A stretch of 64,000 bases of DNA from the human T2T-CHM13v2.0 reference genome, Homo sapiens, in assembly GCF_009914755.1 (NCBI RefSeq), contig NC_060930.1. One strand, written 5' to 3'. The notes below the pieces were generated by a model. The model saw only the letters and a list, made by a program, of their open reading frames with translations, did not search any database and was not told where the DNA came from. A program made the position numbers and the translations under genes. This document shows, piece by piece, positions 55,346 through 64,000 of this stretch (positions are counted from its first letter, which is position 1; the number at the start of each line of letters is the position of its first letter).

Positions 55346-57739
55346 AGAGAGAGATTCCAGCTCCTACAATCCCACAAATGAGTATTGTACAGGGGTTGAT
55401 CTGCCTGCACAAGTTACATGGATGAGGGAGGCTCATTCTTCTGTGGAAGTCTGGGTCTCTTTCCCATCCTTCTGTCCTGCCTAACATCTTGCCCAAGCCT
55501 CCTGGGGAGGTGATGAATATCACATCTTTTCTCTTCAAAGAGGCAGTGCTAGAGAAACAACTAGGAATGACAGAGATCCCTGCTCATTGGGATAGAGAAG
55601 CTGTGATGTCCCCTCTAGTATGAAACTGGGCATCACTTAATTTTCTGATCTCTTCCAGTCCCTATTCTGTGTAACAACCAATGGGATTAATCTAGCTTTC
55701 CTCAAACTGATCCCAAATGAAAAAGAGGATGAAGTCTTCTGGAATTTTGCTGGGTGGCAACAGATAGATTAGAGCTAGCCATACCATATTTGGCTGCCAA
55801 GTTCCTCTCAGGGGGACCTTGCCCATAAGTTGGAGCTGTAACTTCATGCTGGTCCCAACATTCATGTTATCTTGACTTCCTCCTTGGTTTACAGCATTTA
55901 CATCCTTCTAACCCAGATCAATGTCAGAGCCATAATCCTTGGGAGAGAACAGAATCCATAGTCTGTTTGGTATCATGCATCAGCGGGTATTTAATAAATG
56001 TCAATTGATAATGTTTATAATCATGAAATGGAGAAAAATATGTTTTTTTGGCACTGCCTTGAATAGATGTAATCTCTACCCTTTGCTAGAAAACAGAAAT
56101 GGAAATAATATGAAGATTCCTAGAGAGAAAACAAAGAGATGGCAGAGATAGCATCTCATTCAGGAAGTTTCAAACTGAAAGGGTCTGAGTGAGGACAGCT
56201 GCTACAGAATTCCATGACCTCTGCAAGACTTTCTGCCCTTTGAAGGAGATGATGGCCAGATATCAGCTTGAAAATCATGGCAAGCTCAGTTTGGCTGAAG
56301 AAGGAAGAAAGAATGCCCATGGCAAAACAAACAAACAAATAAACCACACAATCTGACACATTGATGAATAAGCAAAGGCTTCGATATACAGAACTGCTCT
56401 TCCACACAGATTCTCTTTTATTCCTGGAAACTACTGGACACCCAAATGAAAAAAAAATTTCTCCCTCCTAACATGACTCATCACTTTAGATCAATCTGCT
56501 AACTGGTACTCTTCCATTGCCATAAAATAGTGAAGGGAGGATTTGATGACAGAAAACCTGGGTTCAAGTAAATATGCCATTTCTGGCTGTGTGATTTTAG
56601 GCAAGACACTTAACCTCTCTGAGTTTAGCTTTCTTGTGGGTAAAATACAGAAAATGGCAACATATATCAGTTATGATAATTAATTGAGCTAATGTATGTG
56701 AAGGTGTATTTTGCCTCTAGATGGTCATGCAGTTTAGGACATTGTGTCTTCGAATGGGCTAAGGAGGAGAAGAAAGTGAAGAGAATGCTGCTAATGAATA
56801 AAGCTGCTTCTAAACCCCATCCACTCTGCAGGAACACACAAATACATCCAGATTTATGCAGACTGGTGTCAGGGGCTGCATTCATTGGCCAATTTAAATA
56901 ATTTTATATCTTAAAATAATTATGGCATTTGTAGTAGTGTTTTCCAACACATATGAGGTCTAAAACAAAATGCCCCCAAAGACAACCACATGCAATCATT
57001 GCATTCATTTTACATTTTTAATGAATCTCCCTGCTCCCAGAGCTCTGTTGCTATTCCCAGCAGCCCGGGTTCTGTTTTGTGTTCCTTCGTGGGTACACAG
57101 GGCAACCTGCCTGTTTTCTTGTCTCCATATGCATTTTAACTTCATAAGAAGACAGGATATGAGAAGTAATCTCCTCTCAGGAGGTTTTTATTTCTACAAA
57201 TTACCAGCTACATGTATCTTGTTAAAAAAATCCATAAATAAGATAAAACAGGAGTATGTGTTTGTTTCTTGCCTAAAGCAAGCAGTGCAGCTTTTGCCCT
57301 GCTACTTGCTTACAATGGATTTAGAGACTGAGAGTAACTTCCCTTCCCTGAGCCTACAGTTCGTGCTCTGCCCTCCATATTCAGAAAACAGTATTAGACG
57401 GAAGAGAAGGGGCCGAACATCCCTGGCTTCATCCAGATGGAGCAATCCCACTCCTCAAAGCAATCTGAGGGCTAAGAGTGATTTAATAAAGATTGCTAAG
57501 AATGATTTAATAAAGATTGCACATGAGCAGCACTAGTAAAGAATTTGGCAACATATAATACATATAACACACTTAGGAAACACATACCAAATGTACACCA
57601 CCTATTTCTGCAGCACGTAATCTTTGGTTAGGCTGTAACTGCCTTAAGGACTTTCCCATCTAAAGTTGTATCAAATATGAGCCTTACCATAATGCTGTCA
57701 GGCCAGGAAGGCAAGTATTATTCCTAACGGTGGCGCACA

Positions 57740-58225
57740 AGGTCCCCTACCATCTTATACCACACTGCAGTGTGCCCTCTCTGCTTCCTAGGTTCTATCC
57801 ACACTGACCTTTCTGTTTCTTGAACACATCACGTAGTTCCTACCCCAGGACCTTTGCATTGGTTGTTCCCTCTGTGGAACACTCTTCCCCTGGGTCTTTA
57901 AATGACTGTCTCCCCACCATACAGCTATCAACTGAAATTCCTCCTACTCAAAGAAACCTTCTCTGGCCACTTTAAAGAAACACTACCCTCATCTACCCCT
58001 TCCCCAACACATGCTTCTCTATTATTTTACCTTGTTTATTGTCTTCAAAGGCCTTACCATTCTCCGGAATCATTGCCTTTATATATTGGTCTATGGCCTC
58101 TGTTCCCCCGTAGAATGAAAGGTCAATGAAGGAAGGGACTTTGTCTAGTTCACTGCTAGGTTCCCAGCATCTAGAACACTGCCTGGCACACAGGAGACAC
58201 TAAAAAACTATTTACTGAGTTCATT
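57740..58225 (+). mobile_element. L2a 3' portion
   Basis: CAGGACCTTTGCATTGGTTGTTCCCTCTG...TAGAATG...GAAGGGACTTTGTCTAGTTCACTGCT...CTAGAACACTGCCTGGCACA. Confidence 0.85.
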
Positions 58226-58794
58226 TCAGTTTGGTCAATGAGGAAACCAACATCACAAAGATGAAGTGAATTGCTGGGATATAATTAGGGCAAACCTGGG
58301 ACATCTCTTAACTTTCAGACCAGTGCTTTTCGCTCTAGGCAAGGAAGTTTACTACTTGCCCATTGGGTAGCCCAGAATTAACATGTTGTCCTTTGGCGTG
58401 ACACAAGAAGTTGAGATTTCTTGTCTTCAGAAGTAGGAATGGACAGTCATCCTGTCAAGATATGTGTGTGTAAAAACTTAACCCAGGGCTCAAAGGTGCT
58501 GTTTTTGCCGTATTTTCCTGGGATTTGGGGGTTTGGGTCCCATCTAGAGTGCACTAATTTTGAGAAGCAGCGTGAAGGGATAGAAACAAAAAAACTTGGC
58601 TTGGTCCTGAGCAGGCCATTTATTGCTGGGTGATATTGGACAAATCTATCACCTTCTCTTGAAATTAAGGATAACGTAAGCTTTTACATGGCTGCCCTGA
58701 ACTGAATAACCCTGAACACATAAAATACCCAACCCAGGTCCTGGAGTACAGGACACATTCAGCGCATACTTCGATGTTTCCCTTCATCCAATTT

Positions 58795-58952
58795 GTTGTT
58801 GTTTTCAGAGACAGGTCTCATTCTGTCACCCAGGCTGGGATGCAGTGGCATGATTGTAGCTCACTGTAACCTTGAACCCCTGGCCTTAAGCAATCCTCCC
58901 ACCTTGGCCTCCCAAAGTGCTAGGATTATAGGCGTGAACCACTGTGCCCAGT
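58795..58952 (-). mobile_element. FRAM/FAM-like Alu monomer
   Basis: Single monomer; 14-bp TSD CCTTCATCCAATTT (58781-58794, 58953-58966). Confidence 0.9.
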
Positions 58953-60952
58953 CCTTCATCCAATTTATGATTGAAGCCTCTTTCCTTTAGGATATGAGCT
59001 GAGTTTCTCTCTCTCTCAAGCTCTCAACATGCCTTGAAATCTGCTTTACTATAAACGAAAGTGGCTGATTGATATCTGGTGATTAACTAATGATGACAGA
59101 AGGAGGGAGGTGACTCTCTGGGGTGACTAAAATGTTTACACTGGGTATTTATCATGCTGCAGTTGAGCTGGAAATATGATCTTGGGGAAAAAAAAGGACT
59201 AAAAATGTGACTGCCTCAGTGCAAGTCACGGCTAGACAGAGAGCTCGGCATGCCACCAGCACTGACCTCATGCTGATGGCTCTCAGCACTGAGAAGGCCT
59301 GTCAAGACGTGCCAGAGGCTCCACCATCAGGCCAGGGCCAGAGGGTGAAGATAAAGCAGCGTATAAGAGGTAAAAGAAGAGAGATCTAGGAGTTGAGTTT
59401 AAATTCCAGGTCCTCCGGCTCAAATTTTGCAGAAAAGGTTTTTTTCTTCTGTTTTCCTCATATACCCTGGAGTTTTTAAGCATGGCATATTTGGAATACA
59501 GTTACCACAGGAGAATGCTGGAACTCCAGGGTGAAAAGAGAGGCAATATTTAAGAAAATATGATGTTCCGCCTCTATGAAAAAGCTTGACAGTGTTAACA
59601 TGCAGCGAATTCAATAGGTGTAATGGGTCGTGGTAAACTACATCCACAGGCTTCCAACCAGCTCTGAGAATAATACCTGCTTTCTCATTGAGTTACAGCG
59701 AGAATCAGTATGGGAAAGTGTTAAGCTCTAAGTCACTCCATAAATACTAGGTGTTTTAATGATGACAATTTGGCGGTGAGCAGGGTCGGTGCAGGGAAGA
59801 TGTCAGAACAAAGTAGGCTGATCTTCCAACGCTCACTCCTGCATTGGCGTCTGGCTCTTAGAGCTCAGTTACTTACTCAGCTGTAAATAAACTCTGAGAT
59901 GCAGCAGCTCAGCTTCATTCCCTCCCTGCCCTTCTCTTTTGCCTGAAAACATCAAGGGATTGGATGGAAACAAACCATGCAGCAAAAATGTGCTGAAGAG
60001 GAAAGAGACTTGTACACTTGAAAATCGCCTCTAAATAGTACTTCTCAGAGGTAAAGCAGTTTAAAAATATCTGTGTATAAAATACACTGAATCAAACAGC
60101 ACAGAATCTACTGAGCATTGGTATAGATCCCTTTCTTCATCAACACACATTCTGTGACAAAAGTATTTATTTGACTACATAGGATTCAGGGCAGAGAAAT
60201 AAAACCTGCTGTTAACTGAAGGAAGGCAGCAGCCTTTGTTCTGGCTCAAACGATGTTGCTTGATGGTAGCATGTAGACATACGAAAATAAAGATGATCAA
60301 ACAGAAGAGTGTGATATATAGTCGTACATTTTGTGAGAGAAAATCTGTACCATTCTGGAAGAGGTGCTTATAAAGGTTCCAGGTGCTGCCGCAGCGCCTG
60401 GGTCCACACATCATATGACTTGACATCTTCATTTACCATTTCAACCCTCTCATCATTTCCTCTGCATCTCTGGCTCTTGGGCTTAATTCTTTGGCGGACA
60501 TGCTTATTCTCTTTACTAACAGGCAGTCAATATTACCTCATCCAGTTCTCTGTGATTCCTTTCACACGATGAGATATATTTGAGCAAATTCTGTTGGGAC
60601 TTGTTTTTCAACTCCACGATGCCTGGCAAAGTGAGGCAGTGAGAATGCCATGCAAAATACTGAAACTTGATTGGATTGCAGCCCAGACGGCGTGACTACA
60701 GCAACATGCTTACCCTTCTTTATGTGAGCTGGTGGCTGTAAGACATCCATATGCTGCTACTTGGGCTTCCACCCAAGATGAATAAAGAATGAATGAGGGG
60801 GAAAAAGATAACAAATTAATTAGGATTGTCTGTTAATTGAGAGGGTTTGACACGGCTACCTTGTGTTCAACAGATCATGCAACCAGCAACATATTAGTTC
60901 ATTATCAAGAAAGCAGAACTTGGGGTGAAAAAAATACAGAACAGCACTACAG

Positions 60953-61171
60953 CAGGGTTTCTTAGTCTTAGCACTGTATACATTTTGGGCTGGATAATTC
61001 TTGGTTTTGGGGGGGTCTGTCTTTGGCATTGTAGGGTGTTTAGCGGCATACCCGGCCTCTACTGACTGGATGCCAATAGCACTCTCTCCGCAAGTTGTGA
61101 AAATCAAAAATGACTCCAGACATTAGTAAATGTCCCCTGGGGAGCAAATTGCCCCCAGTTGGGGACCACTG
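60953..61171 (-). mobile_element. MER20, full length
   Basis: CAGGGTTTCT...ACATTTTGGGCTGGATAATTCTT...AAATGTCCCCTGGGG...GACCACTG; TSD CACTACAG/CAATACAG. Confidence 0.93.
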
Positions 61172-62658
61172 CAATACAGTAAATAATACACATCCTGTAG
61201 CCCCTCTTTATGTCTCATGTCTTTCCTTTCCCAGTGACCTACTTGACAGGAGCTTGTTGTAAAGCTACAATGAGAACATGATACTTAGACATGAGACAGA
61301 AGTGAGATGGTAGTTTACGAGAATACAGAGTGTGACACTTCTTCAAATCATCGTGACTTAACCATGTCCTGCCATACGCAAGGATGTCTTCCCTGGCTCT
61401 GAACATTCAGAAGAAAGTGAACTTGCTGAAAGCCTCGCCCCTATGGAGGGGTTTTCAGCTGTTTCTTAAGAAAAACTGACCTTTAAAAATAATTTCTCTT
61501 CCAAGATTTTTTTTTTCCTTCTTGAATTAGTTCTTGCCTTTCACTGCAGCAAAATGGCACTTAATGGATCTTTGAAATTTAATATAGGATAATATTTCAA
61601 ACTCTCTGAAGTTTAATAATAGCCCTCTGAAATGGTTTAGAAATGGGAATTGAGAGGAGAAAGGGTTTTATTTTTGTTTGTTTTAAAATTTTACTCTGCT
61701 ATTTTAGTGGATGAGCAATCTGATAGGTTCCCCTCACCCCTTTTTTCTTCCCCTTATTCTTAGTGAAGGACAGATGGATAATGTTACAGAACTGGGCATA
61801 TACTTAGCAACTTATCAGCCATAACCAACTAATCTACAGGAACCAGGTAGCAGGAGGCAGGCTTGTTATTGGATTCACAGAAATGATTCCTAGTGTTTCT
61901 CTTTTAATTCTGTAAACAGACACATTGTACCTGGCACACCAAGGTTCTCAAAGTACCCCTCTTGAAAAAATGATCCCTTAGAGTGTTGTGATAAGTCATT
62001 ACTACTGTTTCCATCAGCAGACTCACAAAAATCCATGCGTACTGGAAATGTTTACACTAGCTCCATTTCCTTCTCTGAAGCTTGGACTGGACACAGAGTA
62101 GTCACCTAAACCTATGTATTCAATGGAATTAAACACAACACAGGCAACTACTCTGACCACCACCACTCACCACCAGCCCCTGCATTAGCACAAAGGACTT
62201 TCATGTGTGTTTTCCTTACAACAACCTTGTGCTACAGAGGACAGAAAAATATGTTTCTACCTCATTTTACAAACGAAGAAGCACCATTTAGGGAGGCATG
62301 ATAATTTGCCTTTATTCTTAAGCAAGTAAGTGTTGATGCTGGAATTAATTAACTTAAGCATCACTGTACAATAAGAGATACCAGGTCTCTCTTCTGTTGT
62401 GGGTTTAAAATAGCTTATCGGATTTTCTGAGCCCTGAATACATTCCTTAAACCCATTTCATATTCTTTTCTCTGCTTTACTAGCCAGCAGGGAAGCTTAT
62501 CGTTACTAATATAATTAGGTTGAAACTTCCAAGGGAACAGAAACCACTCCTATCTTGTTTGCTAGCACAGAACCTGGCACATAGCAAGCACTCAATAAAA
62601 ATTTGTTAAATAAATTTGTTGAAAGAATTTGTGTATTTAAAGAACCTTAGAAACTTTG

Positions 62659-63039
<381 letters not shown>

Positions 63040-63811
63040 TCATGTGAATAGAAGTAAATATTCTAACTGGGCTCACGCATCTGTCTCTGGTGAGTTTAAT
63101 TAGTTTAAGTTGGTCCATGTGATGTGCATTCACTTTAGGAGCACTGACAAATGTATTTTTTTCAGTCTGTAAAGGTGAGGACAGATCACAGACCTTGATA
63201 CTTTTATGAGGCTTCGAGGAACTAAAGCATCATTAACATTTCTTCTCTTTTAAATTCAACATGCACACCTTAAAATGCAGATTTAAATTGCAATTATTTT
63301 TGTGGATATCCTCACCTCATTCCTACCACTTCGCCTCTGCCTTGGAGCCAAGTGGCTGGAAACCTTTGGCATTCCTGTGGGTGGAACAAAATCTCCAATG
63401 CGGGAAAAGCGTCCTGAGGTTGACACCCTCCCCTTCCACACCTCCCTGCCCTCATGGGTGGATGGTGGAAGTCAGGCCCTCCTTCCCAATGAAGACCGTC
63501 ACCCACAGAGAGCAACCGTGAGAGCAATTACAGCTCTGGGTTTTGCAATCAAGCCAGGAGGAAAGGGAGGATGACCACTGACTAATCAAGGCACCTCTCC
63601 CCAAGTTTTTCCATTCCTGATTTGGGCTAGACAGTAAAGGTGCTGCCCTTCCTCTGATGATCTTGTTCCTTGCCCAGATCCTCATTTTGCAGGGTCTGGG
63701 GAGCAGCATCTTCTGTGGTGTGTAGAGTTCCTTGCTGCCTGCCTTGCCCAGATGGCTGGGAGCCCACGCAGCCTATATCTATAGATATAAACGTACGTGG
63801 TTCCTCTAAAA

Positions 63812-63973
63812 TGGTGGTTCTCGGCTCTACGCAATTTTGTCCCCAGGGGGACATTTAGCAATGTCTGGAGACATTTTTGTTTGTCACAACTGGGGCAGGG
63901 GATGTGCTACTACCATAGATGGGTAGAGCCCAAGAATGCCGGTAAATATCCTGTAGTGCACAGGACACCTCCC
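63812..63973 (+). mobile_element. MER20, partial
   Basis: GGTTCTC...ATTTTGTCCCCAGGGGGACATTTAGCAATGTCTGGAGACATTTTTG..TGTCACAACTGGGG. Confidence 0.9.
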
Positions 63974-64000
63974 TATGAAATGCAAAGCAAAGGAAAACAT

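Noticed and set aside
56970-57536. 188-aa ATG-initiated ORF
   Set aside because: No recognisable homology, composition typical of non-coding DNA, and the 3' part runs through a MIR remnant and tandem duplication.
63150-63180. Apparent 9-nt microexon TTTTTTTTCAG|TCTGTAAAG|GTGAGG
   Set aside because: It lies in a MIR-core-like sequence that naturally resembles splice sites, with no coding context.

Overview
Primate (human-like) non-coding genomic DNA. I can support no intact protein-coding gene, tRNA, rRNA or CRISPR array. The window is dominated by interspersed repeats: about 18 Alu/FLAM/FRAM copies, ancient L1M, L2, CR1/L3 and MIR fragments, nine solo LTRs (MLT2A, MER50 x2, LTR8, THE1A, three MLT1-type, one ERVL-like) and hAT MITEs (MER5, MER20, MER20B, MER53, MER58A). 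The main hidden feature, missed by the ORF track, is a heavily decayed, intronless retrocopy of the proteasome subunit gene PSMA5 (about 5712-6430, + strand). It is nested in the ORF1 region of an old L1 whose RT region also carries an inverted segment. Weaker, inferred signals are a chain of strong + strand splice sites defining non-coding candidate exons (15.8, 22.7, 24.2, 29.3 kb), a minus-strand bias of LTRs, a CTCF site with its upstream module (44.4 kb), and a CpG-enriched promoter/enhancer-like region with HSE, E-box and TATA motifs (49.9-51.0 kb). I found no convincing novel biological system. Repeat subfamily names and the PSMA5 alignment come from remembered consensus sequences, not database searches.
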